The notes under the pieces were generated by a model. It did not search any database, was not told the origin of the DNA, and saw only the letters and a program-made list of their open reading frames with translations. From Leptonemataceae bacterium (GTDB lineage Bacteria; Spirochaetota; Leptospiria; Leptospirales; Leptonemataceae), in assembly GCA_965227295.1 (NCBI GenBank), contig OZ245742.1, positions 2,208,001-2,272,000 of the forward strand: 64,000 nucleotides of DNA, given 5' to 3'. Shown piece after piece: positions 46,467 through 56,598 of the stretch (its first letter is position 1; each line of letters opens with the position of its first letter). The position numbers and the translations under genes are program-made.

Positions 46467-49109
46467 TTACCCGCGTGTTTCTTCGCAAAGATCGCGGAGG
46501 CGGCGCAGGTTTTCGTTGAGGGGATGAACAGACAGGCCGTACTCAAGGAGAGCGACGGCCCGGTCCGTGTTGCCCTGGAGTCGATACGCATCCGCCAGGT
46601 TCAGTAAATTGCGCAGATCATCCGGTTGTCGCAGGCGGAGGCGTTCGCCCTGGTCCACAGCCTCTGCGAACTTGTGCGTATGCTTCAGGGCCCGGGACAG
46701 GGCGTAGAGACTCCGGTTGTCGGCGGGGGCCGCGGTGATGCGACGCAGCAGTACCGGCACGGCTTCCTCGTAACGCTTGAGTCGCAGTAGCAAGCGACCG
46801 TAGAGACCGTCGGTTTCGCCGCCCGACGCGATATTTTTTACTTCCTTGCGGATCAGCTCCGCGGCTTCGGCCGTGCGGCCGGCGTCCAGGTATTCCTTCG
46901 CCTGACGGCGGAGTTCGCCTTCCCGGTCGGGCACGGAATCAGGACCCATTGGCTTTTCTTGCGTGTACTCCAGTCGCAGGAGTGACAGATCGTCCGTAAG
47001 TTCACCGGCCTTATGCAGGGCCTCCCGGACGGCGTGCAGGGAGGCCCCGGAGGCTTCGACGTGACGGAGGAAGGCCTGTTCATCTTCGTTCATGATTCGA
47101 AGGCCGGCGTCGTCGTGGCCGAGCGCGAGGTCGTCCCGGCCGTCCGAGCCGGCGATCAGTACATCCCCGCTGTGCAGGGCGCAGAGGTTTACGCAGCATA
47201 CGAAGGATTGCAGGCCCTCGGCCATGCCGACCTTCCAGAGGATGCGTTCCTCCGGGAGGAAGCTCGCGTGTCCCTCGCGATACAAAACGAGGCGCGGGTG
47301 CTCAGAATTTACGTAGTACGTAAGACCGGTCGAGTGTTCCGCGAGGCCGAAGAGCATCGAGACCATCATATGTCCGTCGAAGGAAGTGAACACGCTCTGT
47401 AGTTCGGTGTAGCAGTCGCGCAGCCACTGTTCGGGATAGCGATCCCTGGCCGCTGCGGATAGTTGCGTGCGGGTGACGACGGCCTTAAAGACCGTACCCA
47501 GGACCAGCGCCCCGCCCGCGCCCTGCACGGATTTTCCCATGGCGTCGCCGTTCAGGAAGACCGTATACGCGCGATCCTTGAGATGGATCGTGTAGACCGC
47601 GCAGAGATCGCCGCCCAGCTCGGACTTCCACTTCCGAAAGCGGAACTTCTTTTTTTGCTCTGTGAGCAGATCGATGCGCACGGAGGACGTCGTGTTGCGC
47701 GCGTGATTGCCACCGAGCGGTTGCACGAGGAGCGATGTGAGAAAGTAGTCCCCGTCCTGCTGAACCTTAAGCGTGCGAATCTCCTCCAGGGAGTCGTTCA
47801 GACGGCGAGTGCGTTCCTCGACCTTCTCTTCGAGATTCTGGTTCAGGTCCTCCACGGTTTCATGGAGACGGACGAAACGATTCGCCAGGATGCTCGCCAA
47901 CGAGATGAAGAACCCCAGGAAAAAGTAGCTCATCAGATCCGGCAAATTCAGTACGCCGTGAGACGTTAAGTTTTCCAGAACAAAACCTACGACGATCAAC
48001 AAAAATCCGCCGAGCATGTAAAGGGCGTCGCGGTCCCCCTGGAAAGCCCGGCGGAGCAGGATCGCCGCGATACCGCTGAGATAGAGGAGCCACAGAGGCA
48101 GGATGAAGCGGGATTGCAGCAGCCACCACGTCGCCGCGGATTCACTGATGTACAGCACGGCGGTGAATATCGCGATCAGTGCCGTCACAGCCAGGATGAA
48201 ACGGTCCCAGACGCGAACGTCCCGGCTTGCACGTAAGCGAAAAAAGAAGCGTACGAAATAATAAAAGAGCGGAACGAGTGAGAAGAGCAGCGTGTATTCC
48301 AGGCGCTTGGAAGTCGCAAAGTCCAGGCCGATCTCGTACTTGATCTGGGTACGTAAAAGTTGGTAGCATGCGTAGGCCAGGGTGAAGCCGCCGAAAAACA
48401 GATTTTCTCGACCCCGCCGCCGACGCAAAAAGAGAAAGAGAAAGTAACCGCCCGCGGTGAGGTATACGGCCTGGAGGACGAGGGCAGTAAAGTCCTCCCG
48501 TGTTTGCGAACGATGCAGCACGGACGTCGGACCGATACCGGTGGTGTCATGGATAATACCCGCCTGCCGGCGAGTGTAGGCGCGGACGTGGACGAGCAGT
48601 ATGTTCACGTCCGCGCGCAGAAGTTCCTGCGGGGGATCGTAGACGCGCCGGCGATCGTAAGCTTCGGCGGTACTCGCATCCCATCGCCCGGTACTTCCTA
48701 TCAGCCGGCCGTTGAGATAGGTGCGATCCCGGTCGTCGATCTCACCGAGGCGAATGGACACCGGTCGCCGCGGATTGGACGTGAGTCGAAAGAGCTTCAG
48801 ATACCAGAATTCCCGCCGGGTTCCCAGGTCCACCGGGGCAGGGACAGACACGCGTTCCCATCCCGGCCCGGGAGTCTTGCCGGTTCTCAGTCGTTCGCGG
48901 ATTGCGGCGGAGAGTTTTGCGGCGTCGGTGTCCGCGGCCAGGTCGCGGTGATACCACCAGGTATGCGGCGGGGCGTTGAACGAAACCATGGATGATTCCA
49001 CTCGCTCGTCCACGACCTGGACGGCCGTCGCTTCCTGGGCCGCGATGTTTGTCGACGGGATGGCGATGCCGAGCATTGCCGGCAGCAGGATTTGCAAGTG
49101 TGTCTTCAA
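46467..49109 (-). CDS. Membrane sensor PP2C/SpoIIE phosphatase with carbohydrate-binding-like domain and C-terminal TPRs
   Basis: LGEIDDRDRTYLNG domain, about 7 TMs, GGD, GDAMGKS, SDG..D, TDD. Confidence 0.88.
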   Translation of the reverse strand: MKTHLQILLPAMLGIAIPSTNIAAQEATAVQVVDERVESSMVSFNAPPHTWWYHRDLAADTDAAKLSAAIRERLRTGKTPGPGWERVSVPAPVDLGTRREFWYLKLFRLTSNPRRPVSIRLGEIDDRDRTYLNGRLIGSTGRWDASTAEAYDRRRVYDPPQELLRADVNILLVHVRAYTRRQAGIIHDTTGIGPTSVLHRSQTREDFTALVLQAVYLTAGGYFLFLFLRRRRGRENLFFGGFTLAYACYQLLRTQIKYEIGLDFATSKRLEYTLLFSLVPLFYYFVRFFFRLRASRDVRVWDRFILAVTALIAIFTAVLYISESAATWWLLQSRFILPLWLLYLSGIAAILLRRAFQGDRDALYMLGGFLLIVVGFVLENLTSHGVLNLPDLMSYFFLGFFISLASILANRFVRLHETVEDLNQNLEEKVEERTRRLNDSLEEIRTLKVQQDGDYFLTSLLVQPLGGNHARNTTSSVRIDLLTEQKKKFRFRKWKSELGGDLCAVYTIHLKDRAYTVFLNGDAMGKSVQGAGGALVLGTVFKAVVTRTQLSAAARDRYPEQWLRDCYTELQSVFTSFDGHMMVSMLFGLAEHSTGLTYYVNSEHPRLVLYREGHASFLPEERILWKVGMAEGLQSFVCCVNLCALHSGDVLIAGSDGRDDLALGHDDAGLRIMNEDEQAFLRHVEASGASLHAVREALHKAGELTDDLSLLRLEYTQEKPMGPDSVPDREGELRRQAKEYLDAGRTAEAAELIRKEVKNIASGGETDGLYGRLLLRLKRYEEAVPVLLRRITAAPADNRSLYALSRALKHTHKFAEAVDQGERLRLRQPDDLRNLLNLADAYRLQGNTDRAVALLEYGLSVHPLNENLRRLRDLCEETRG

Positions 49110-51253
49110 CTGAAGTACTTCACCAGCGTAACCTGATTCCCTTTATCGTTGTAGCGCACCACGTCGAAGATGTTGCGCGTCATGGTTACGCCGCGGCCGT
49201 GGGCGAGGCCTTCTTTGTTGGGATCGTCGGGGCTCTTGTGAAACAGGCCCTGGTGATCGAAGCCGTCGCCCTCGTCGGTGATGCGATAAAACACGCGTCG
49301 CCGATTTAACGAGTAGAGCACCGTGATCTTACGATCGCGGAAGCGCGGGTCCTTCTGCCGTTCCAGCAAGAACTTCACGTACTGCTCGCGATCCGTAAGG
49401 GCCGTCTTCTCTTCGTACGAAACGGCGAGGTTGCCGTGTTCGACGGCGTTGATGAGCATCTCGCGCAGGCAGATGTGCACGCCCATGATGTTCGAGCCGT
49501 CGGTGTACTTCGAAAGGTTTTTGGTGAGACGTTCACTGAGCAGGTCGACGATGTTCAGGAAGTTGCCGATGACGTGCTGCTGCCGTTCGGCTTCGATGAA
49601 ACGTATGAGACTATCGTCCAGGATCGTGCCGGCCTTGCCGAAGACCACGGTACTGCCGTCGGATTCTCCGGCGTCGACGCGTTCCAGACGCACCTCCAGT
49701 TGTCGCGGTTCGCCCAGGTGCGTCGCGAACTCGGCCTTGAAGTTCGCGCTCTTGCCGGAGCGCCGCACGTTTTCAAATTCCTGGCGAATGAGATCGCGCT
49801 GAAAATCGGTGCCGGGCAGGATCTCCTCCAGCTCCGGCGATCGATACAGTAAATCGAAGAACGGCCGGCCGATGAGGTCCGCGGGTTTGATGCCCAGTTG
49901 CGTGCGGATGGCGCGGTTCGCCGTAAGAAAGAGGCCGTCGCCGTTGAGTGAAAATATGATGTCGCCGGTGGACTCGACCAGGTGTTTGTACTTGCGTTCG
50001 GAACGACGAACGTCCTGGCCGGCGTGGCGCAGATCTTCCAGGCGTTTCTTAAGATCCAGGCGGAGTACGTTAATGCGGTCGGCGATGCCCAGGGAGAGCA
50101 GCACGATCTGCGCCAGCACGCCGATGTGCATGCCCCAGGTACTCAAGAATCCGTCCGGCAGTAGCGCGAAGGTCTTGAGGCTGTAGAGCAGGATGCCCGT
50201 GAGCAGGGCGAACCAGGAAATCGTATAAAAGATCGCCGTTCGCCGGCGATGATAGACGTTCACGAGGGCCGCCGCGAGGATCGCCATGGCTCCGAATACC
50301 GCGAGGGCCGTGGACGCGATGATGCTCCAGGCGTACGGCACGAACAACGAAACGGGAGCGGCCACGAGGGTTATGCGCCACAACCAGAGGATCAGCGTGT
50401 TCAAACGCGGCGTGCGCCGGAGCCGTTCGAGGTACGTCCACGCAAACAGCAGGCCGGTGACGTAACCCAGGTGAATGAAAAACGGCAACGAACGATTGGC
50501 CCAGACGACCCAGTCCGGCCAGAGATACTGAAACGCGAGGCCGTCCAGCGTGAAGAGAAACAGATAGATCGCCGCCAGGTACAGGACGTAGTAAATGATC
50601 GCGCGTTCGCGGACCGAAAGAAACAGCAGCAGATTGAAGACGAACATGACCAGGATGATCGAATAAAACGTCGTGAAGAAGCGGTTCTCGCGTTCCGCGT
50701 GCCGGCGAAAGCCGTCCTCGCTCCACAGTCGCAGCGGTAGCAGGACCGCGCTGTCCGTACTCACACGGACGTAGTACTCCGCCGATGCGCCGGCCGGAAT
50801 CCGCAGAGGAAAGACCACGTTGCGATGCTGCACCGAACGTTCGCGAAACGGCAGCAGGTCGCCGCCGCGTTGCACGGAACCGTCCGGGGCGTGGAGTTCG
50901 ATGCTGTCGAGCATGGGATACGCGAACTCCAGGAGCAGGCGTCGTTCCACATTCGGCGCGGGGTTTTGAATCGTGAAGCGCGCCCAGTACGGCGACGTGC
51001 TGAATCCGAAGGACGGCCGTTTTTCTTGCGGCCGGCGAAACCACTGCGACGGCGGGAGGTTTTGCACGTCCGCGAGAGTTGCCGTGCCGCGGACGTCCTC
51101 GTGGATTTCCAGGTGCGGGCCGAGGATCAGCGGGTTTTGCTGCTCCGCCGACGGGGCGGTGAGGGCCTGCGCGAAAACGCCGCCGCTCGATACACTGCTG
51201 CATGCAAGAACTGCGAAAAAGAGCGTGCTTCCTGTAAGGTTCCGGCGTCTCAT
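49106..51253 (-). CDS. 7TM-DISM/PAS sensor with RsbW-like HATPase (Ser kinase) domain
   Basis: DISMED2-like domain, 7 TMs, PAS, EMLINAVEHGN, ITDEGDGFD, GRG..YNDKGN. Confidence 0.88.
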   Translation of the reverse strand: MRRRNLTGSTLFFAVLACSSVSSGGVFAQALTAPSAEQQNPLILGPHLEIHEDVRGTATLADVQNLPPSQWFRRPQEKRPSFGFSTSPYWARFTIQNPAPNVERRLLLEFAYPMLDSIELHAPDGSVQRGGDLLPFRERSVQHRNVVFPLRIPAGASAEYYVRVSTDSAVLLPLRLWSEDGFRRHAERENRFFTTFYSIILVMFVFNLLLFLSVRERAIIYYVLYLAAIYLFLFTLDGLAFQYLWPDWVVWANRSLPFFIHLGYVTGLLFAWTYLERLRRTPRLNTLILWLWRITLVAAPVSLFVPYAWSIIASTALAVFGAMAILAAALVNVYHRRRTAIFYTISWFALLTGILLYSLKTFALLPDGFLSTWGMHIGVLAQIVLLSLGIADRINVLRLDLKKRLEDLRHAGQDVRRSERKYKHLVESTGDIIFSLNGDGLFLTANRAIRTQLGIKPADLIGRPFFDLLYRSPELEEILPGTDFQRDLIRQEFENVRRSGKSANFKAEFATHLGEPRQLEVRLERVDAGESDGSTVVFGKAGTILDDSLIRFIEAERQQHVIGNFLNIVDLLSERLTKNLSKYTDGSNIMGVHICLREMLINAVEHGNLAVSYEEKTALTDREQYVKFLLERQKDPRFRDRKITVLYSLNRRRVFYRITDEGDGFDHQGLFHKSPDDPNKEGLAHGRGVTMTRNIFDVVRYNDKGNQVTLVKYFS

Positions 51254-51350
51254 TGGCGGCGGTGGGTGCGAGTTGTAACGGCCGGCAAATCATCCTACAA
51301 GATATTTTTCCGCGCCGCGGATGATTTTCCCGTCGATATTGGGAGTATCG

Positions 51351-52478
51351 GTGAGTGGTCTGAAGAATGTATTACTCATCGGCGGTGCGCTGGCATTGAA
51401 TGCCTGTCTCGCAGCCGCCTCCGTGCCCTGCGGAGAAACCAACGCCTGCGATAATCTTTCTTTCGCGGCGGCCTACTACATCGCCGCCACCGCGCCCTAC
51501 GAAACGCCGGACTGCGGTACTTACGATCCCGCCGAACAACTGCAAAGCGGGGAGATTCTGAACTCCGCCCTGGAACAGGCCGGCATCGACTCCCGGCGGC
51601 TCGCTTCCAGTCTGGACGACTCCGTGCTGATGCGACCGCTGCATCTTGTCGGTTGCCGGGCGCTTACGTCCACGCGCAATACCGTCATCAACGGCGTCGC
51701 CCAGAGTGAGATCGTACACCGCCGAACCTTTCACGCGAACGGACTGACCGAAACACTGTCACAGTTTACGAACGGCAGCACGGATCAGATTGACGACGTG
51801 GTGGTGATTGATCCGGCGACGGGATTGATGACCTACCGAACGACGAGCTGCCCGAATACGAACGTCGGTCATGTGATTGTTGAGATCCGTTACGATTCGC
51901 GCCGGCGCGTTTCGATCTTTCGCACCGTGCAGCCCGAGTTTTGCTTTAACGCCGCGACGACTTCCACTTCGACGTACGTTACGACGGAGTACCGGGACAG
52001 CGACGCCCTGCCGGATCGGATTACGTTTGCGTCGCGGGTGGTGGACAGCGACGTTTCGGACATCACCGTCAACGCGACGGTGGACTTCGCCTACACGCGG
52101 GACGCCTGGAATCGCGTTACGGCCTCGGCGAAACAGAACTCCTTCGACGTGTCGATCTTCGTGGTGTCTACGTCGAGCACCGTCGCGAGCAGTGACAGCG
52201 AATCCTGGAATTTCGCTTACAGCTATGAGGATTCCGGTCTCCTCGCGTCGCAGTCGATTTCCAGGTTCGTGAATTCCACGGGGATCACCACCACGGGGGA
52301 TGTGGTCTTTGAGTATGCGGACGGCGGGCGGGTGAAGAAGATCTCGGCGGTTTCCTCGAACGGGACGAGCCTTACGGATTCCTACACTTACAACAGCGAC
52401 GGTAACGTTACGCGGCGCGATGTTTCCGGGGAAAGCACGGGCACCGTCTCCTCGGCCACGGTCACGTATACGTACTGA
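51351..52478 (+). CDS. Thr/Ser-rich lipoprotein with YD-like beta repeats
   Basis: GTG at 51351 with GGAG RBS; LALNAC lipobox; YDSRRRV, YTRDAWNRV, YEDSGLL, YNSDGNV. Confidence 0.65.
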   Translation: MSGLKNVLLIGGALALNACLAAASVPCGETNACDNLSFAAAYYIAATAPYETPDCGTYDPAEQLQSGEILNSALEQAGIDSRRLASSLDDSVLMRPLHLVGCRALTSTRNTVINGVAQSEIVHRRTFHANGLTETLSQFTNGSTDQIDDVVVIDPATGLMTYRTTSCPNTNVGHVIVEIRYDSRRRVSIFRTVQPEFCFNAATTSTSTYVTTEYRDSDALPDRITFASRVVDSDVSDITVNATVDFAYTRDAWNRVTASAKQNSFDVSIFVVSTSSTVASSDSESWNFAYSYEDSGLLASQSISRFVNSTGITTTGDVVFEYADGGRVKKISAVSSNGTSLTDSYTYNSDGNVTRRDVSGESTGTVSSATVTYTY

Positions 52479-52488
52479 TTCATTTATT

Positions 52489-53835
52489 TTACTGAAAACG
52501 CCCGGCGTCGAGGTACAAAAAGCGCCGGTAGTAACTTTTCCCCGTACCATCTTTAAGGCGCAATTCACCGGGCAGATAGCCCCGCCCGGATGTGCGCAGC
52601 ACGTTTTGTTCGACGACACCGCGATAGACGTCCCCCTGTTGTTCCAGGCGCACGGTGTTGCCGTTCAGTTTGAGGTGTACACTTTCCCCGCGGGCCTCCG
52701 GTAGATACAGGATCAACGACTGACCGGCCCGGACGTGAGAGCCGTCGGCGGGTTGCAGGGTCATCTTATGCGGCCCGCGCAGCTTCAGGTGCGCGGCGAA
52801 GCGGGCCGGGGTGTGACTGCGCACGACCATGTAGCGGTTCAGCGCCAGGGGATCGTCGCCGGGTTGCACGACACCGGTGTTGATGGTGAAGGCCGTGGTA
52901 AAACCGCTGCGCCGCACGGCCTCCATGACCCGCCGATCGTAGACGCCGAAGGGATAGGCGAAGGCCGTAATGCGCACGTCGAACTTGCGTTCTAATATGC
53001 TTTTAGATGATGTTAACCGGCGCTCCAGTTCGCTGTCACCGAGGCGGGGCAGGTAGTCGTGGTACACGCCGTGGGCGCCGAGTTCCACGAGACCGGAGCG
53101 CAACAGTTCGCGAACCTGGTCTTCGTTCATGTAATGCTCCGACGTGCCGCGCAGGACGACGGGATACAGAAACAATACCGCGCGAAAGCCGTAACGTTCG
53201 AGCAGGGGGCGGACGATCGTGTAGTTCGAGAGCAGGCCGTCGTCGAAGGTGAGCAGCACCGGTTTTTTCGGCAGGCCGCGGCGGTCGCCGGTGAGGGCCC
53301 GCTGAAACTCGGCCAGGCTGATGGATGCGTAGCCGTTGGTTTTAAGATAGGCGAGTTGCTGCTCGAAGGCCTTCGGGGGGACGTTGTATCCGGCGAAGGC
53401 TCCGGGCGGGGCGTCGAAATTTTGATGATAGCAGAGCACGGGAATCGCGAAGTCCGTGGGTTCGGCCGTTTCCGTTTTCGCTGTTTGTTGATTCGTGGCG
53501 GCCGGTTGTCCGTGCCAGCGCGGGTCCTCCCACACCGAAGCGCCGATGTCCCGGCTGGTTTCGGTTCGGTTGTCGGCCGGTGTCGGCTCCGCGCCCGTGT
53601 CCGTGCCGGCCTCGGGATGATACGTCGATAGTCCCAGGGCAAGACTGTCCGCTTCAAAGTTTTGTTCGCCACTCCGATCTTCCAGGGCGTCGATCTTCAG
53701 GGGCGGCGTCCGGCGTTCCGTCGTGCCGCCGTCCGTTACCGGACGCGAGGCGTTCGTCGAACATGTGATTCCCGCCACGGCGAGCAGGAGGAGCGCCGCC
53801 GGCGGGAGGAGCCGGGTTGCTGATTTTCCAGGCAT
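52489..53835 (-). CDS. Polysaccharide deacetylase (CE4) lipoprotein
   Basis: PVLCYH, LTFDDG, HGVYH, FAYPFG; AGITC lipobox. Confidence 0.9.
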   Translation of the reverse strand: MPGKSATRLLPPAALLLLAVAGITCSTNASRPVTDGGTTERRTPPLKIDALEDRSGEQNFEADSLALGLSTYHPEAGTDTGAEPTPADNRTETSRDIGASVWEDPRWHGQPAATNQQTAKTETAEPTDFAIPVLCYHQNFDAPPGAFAGYNVPPKAFEQQLAYLKTNGYASISLAEFQRALTGDRRGLPKKPVLLTFDDGLLSNYTIVRPLLERYGFRAVLFLYPVVLRGTSEHYMNEDQVRELLRSGLVELGAHGVYHDYLPRLGDSELERRLTSSKSILERKFDVRITAFAYPFGVYDRRVMEAVRRSGFTTAFTINTGVVQPGDDPLALNRYMVVRSHTPARFAAHLKLRGPHKMTLQPADGSHVRAGQSLILYLPEARGESVHLKLNGNTVRLEQQGDVYRGVVEQNVLRTSGRGYLPGELRLKDGTGKSYYRRFLYLDAGRFQ

Positions 53836-53932
53836 GTTCTTATGATTGTCGGAAGCCCGAGGCCCTGCGCTGAAGACGCGAATGCCTTGACCGCGGATTC
53901 CGGAGCGGCTGTGTTGACTTCGCATTGTAATT

Positions 53933-55555
53933 ATGAAGCAACCGCACGATTCTTCTTCGCCGGCGCCGGTTCAGCGGGAACGCTGGGGCTCGCGCATCGG
54001 CGTGATCTTCGCGGTGATGGGCAGCGCCATCGGCCTCGGAAACTTCATCCGTTTTCCCGGCCTCGCGGCGCAGTTCGGCGGCGGTCATTTTATGATCCCG
54101 TATGTCATCGCCTTTCTCCTGCTGGGCCTGCCCATCGCCTGGGCGGAGTGGTCCATGGGCCGGCTGGGCGGTCGCCGCGGTCACTCGTCGTCGCCGGGCA
54201 TCTTCTACGTACTCTGGGAAAACCGAGCGTCCCCGTACTTCGGCGTGCTGGGTTTGATCATTCCCATCGGCATCTACATGTACTACGTCTACATCGAGGC
54301 GTGGTGTCTCTACTACGCCTACAAGTACTTAACGGGCGGCATCTCCCTCGGTCAGGATCCGGACGCTTACGTGCAGTTCTTCGCGAACTTTACGGGCATG
54401 GCCCAGGACGGCGCCATCTTCGCCCTGCAAGACGGTTCGCCGGCGCCGGCGCTGGTCTTTCTCGCGATTTGTTTTACGTTGAACTTCATCGTCATTTACC
54501 TGGGGCTCAGTCGCGGCATTGAACTCGTTTCGAAGATCGCCATTCCGGTTTTGTTCGTGTGCGCCATCGGCGTGTTGATTCGTGTTTTGACCCTGGGAAC
54601 GCCGGACCCGGCGCTGCCGGAACGCGACGTACTGAACGGCCTGGGCTACATGTGGAATCCCACCCTGGATTGGGCGACGTTGAGTCCGGTGAGTAACTCC
54701 GGCATGTGGCTCGCCGCGGCGGGGCAGATCTTCTTTTCGTTGTCGGTGGGCTTCGGCATCATCATCACTTACGCGAGCTACGTCGACCAGCGTGAGGACG
54801 TGATCCTGTCCGGCACCACTTCGGCGGCCGGCAACATCTTCGCGGAAGTGGCCCTGGGCGGCATGATCACCATTCCCGCCGCGTTCATCTTTCTCGGCCC
54901 CGGCTTCGGTACCGGCACGTTTTCGCTGGGCTTCTTTACGTTGCCGAACGTTTTCGCGAACATGCAGTTCGGCGCGGTGGCCGGCTTTCTGTGGTTCTTT
55001 TTACTCTTCGTGGCGGCTCTTACCTCGTCGCTGTCCATGCTGCAACCGGCCATCGCCTTTCTGGAAGAGGGCCTGGGGCTGCACCGCAAGGCCTCGGTCA
55101 CCTTCCTCGGGCTCTTAACCTTGTGCGGTACCATGTTTATCGCCTACTTCTCGCAGGACGTCAAAGCCCTGGACCTCATGGACTTCTGGATCGGCCAGTT
55201 CTTGATCTACATCCTGGCCACGGTGTTGATCATCCTTTTCGGTTGGGGCGTGGGGGTGGACCGCGGCCTGGCGGAGGCCCACAAGGGTTCGCTCATGACG
55301 GTGCCGCGCATCTTTCGTTTTATTATTAAGTACGTCTCGCCGGTGTACCTGATCCTCGTGTTCATCTTCTTTATGCTCGACAAAGAGAACGGGATTCGCA
55401 AGTACATCGGCGAGATGCAGACGAACGCGGCGGCTTTCTTTACCGTGGTATTCATCGTCGTAATGTCGATCTTTTTGACATTACTGGTAAGCGCGGCGGT
55501 GCGCCGCTGGCAGCGCATGAATGTTCAACGCGGTCTGGACGGAGGCGAAGAATGA
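53933..55555 (+). CDS. Sodium-dependent transporter, NSS/SNF family
   Basis: RERW, GSAIGLGNFIRFP, GGGHFMIPY, QIFFSLSVGFG. Confidence 0.94.
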   Translation: MKQPHDSSSPAPVQRERWGSRIGVIFAVMGSAIGLGNFIRFPGLAAQFGGGHFMIPYVIAFLLLGLPIAWAEWSMGRLGGRRGHSSSPGIFYVLWENRASPYFGVLGLIIPIGIYMYYVYIEAWCLYYAYKYLTGGISLGQDPDAYVQFFANFTGMAQDGAIFALQDGSPAPALVFLAICFTLNFIVIYLGLSRGIELVSKIAIPVLFVCAIGVLIRVLTLGTPDPALPERDVLNGLGYMWNPTLDWATLSPVSNSGMWLAAAGQIFFSLSVGFGIIITYASYVDQREDVILSGTTSAAGNIFAEVALGGMITIPAAFIFLGPGFGTGTFSLGFFTLPNVFANMQFGAVAGFLWFFLLFVAALTSSLSMLQPAIAFLEEGLGLHRKASVTFLGLLTLCGTMFIAYFSQDVKALDLMDFWIGQFLIYILATVLIILFGWGVGVDRGLAEAHKGSLMTVPRIFRFIIKYVSPVYLILVFIFFMLDKENGIRKYIGEMQTNAAAFFTVVFIVVMSIFLTLLVSAAVRRWQRMNVQRGLDGGEE

Positions 55556-55704
55556 CGATCGGTGGTTGGGTGATCATGACGGTTTGCGTCGGTGGCGTGA
55601 GCGTCTTTTTCGTGTGGACGTTGGCCATGGTCCTTTCAAAACAGGAAGATCGCGGACTGCATTCCACCCGGGATGAGACCCCGGACGTCCACGACAGAGG
55701 CTGA
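55552..55704 (+). CDS. 50-aa single-TM protein, possible NSS transporter small subunit
   Basis: MTIGGWVIMTVCVGGVSVFFVWTLAMVLSKQEDRGLHSTRDETPDVHDRG; ATGA overlap upstream, TGATG overlap downstream, GGAGG RBS. Confidence 0.75.
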   Translation: MTIGGWVIMTVCVGGVSVFFVWTLAMVLSKQEDRGLHSTRDETPDVHDRG

Positions 55705-56561
55705 TGAACGCAGGCATTCCCGACAACGAGTCCGGTGGGCCGGACGGCAACGGCGGCGATCGCGGCCGCAAGAACATTCACGTGGAGATGCGCAATGCCG
55801 CGGCGGGCGGTCGCATTGCCGTGCTCTCCCTCGATAACGCGGCGACGCGAAACTCCATGACCCTCGAAATGGGCATGGCCTTTCACGGCGAGATCCATCG
55901 TCTGGCCGCCGAAGATCCGCTGCTGCGTGCACTTATCATCACCGGTAAGAACGGTGTGTTCTCCAGCGGCGGCGACTTTGCGTTGCTCAAGAGTTTCTCG
56001 GAGAAGGACCCCGAGGAAAACCAGGCCTACATGGGTTCGTTCTACCGGCTCTTCCTGGACGTGCGCAGCCTGCCGTTCCCGGTGATCGCCGCGGTAAACG
56101 GCCACGCGGTGGGCGCGTCGTTGGCGCTGGCCCTGGCGTGCGACCTGCGTTACTTCGTACCGGACGGCAAGTACGCTTTTAACTTCGTGAAGATCGGCAT
56201 TCATCCCGGCATGGGTTCTTCGTTTCTCGTGAAAGAAGTCGCCGGTTTGCCCCAGGCCCAGGATTTATTGTTAACCGGGCGGTTTATCTCCGGCGAAGAC
56301 GCCCTGCGGCGCGGTCTCTGTCATGCGGTGTATCCGCGCGAAGAGATTCTCGACCGCGCGCTGGAGCTGGCCGAAGAGATCGCGGCGGCGGCGCCCCTCG
56401 CCGTGCGCCTTACGAAACAGGGCCTGTATCGCAATCATACTCTCGACGACGCCCTGGCCTACGAGGCCGAAAGCCAGGCGCGCAACTACGCCACCGCCGA
56501 CTTTCGCGAGGCGTTGCAGGCCATCGAAGAGAAGCGCAAGCCTTCTTTTCGCGATGAATAA
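55704..56561 (+). CDS. Enoyl-CoA hydratase/isomerase family protein
   Basis: FSSGGD, PVIAAVNGHAVG, ACDLR, EKRKPSF. Confidence 0.93.
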   Translation: MNAGIPDNESGGPDGNGGDRGRKNIHVEMRNAAAGGRIAVLSLDNAATRNSMTLEMGMAFHGEIHRLAAEDPLLRALIITGKNGVFSSGGDFALLKSFSEKDPEENQAYMGSFYRLFLDVRSLPFPVIAAVNGHAVGASLALALACDLRYFVPDGKYAFNFVKIGIHPGMGSSFLVKEVAGLPQAQDLLLTGRFISGEDALRRGLCHAVYPREEILDRALELAEEIAAAAPLAVRLTKQGLYRNHTLDDALAYEAESQARNYATADFREALQAIEEKRKPSFRDE

Positions 56562-56594
56562 AAGAGAAGCGCAAGCCTTCATTTCGCGATGAAT
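56527..56594. repeat. 33-bp direct duplication of the enoyl-CoA hydratase 3' end
   Basis: aagagaagcgcaagccttc(t/a)tttcgcgatgaat at 56527-56559 and 56562-56594, 32/33 identical. Confidence 0.95.
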
Positions 56595-56598
56595 GATT

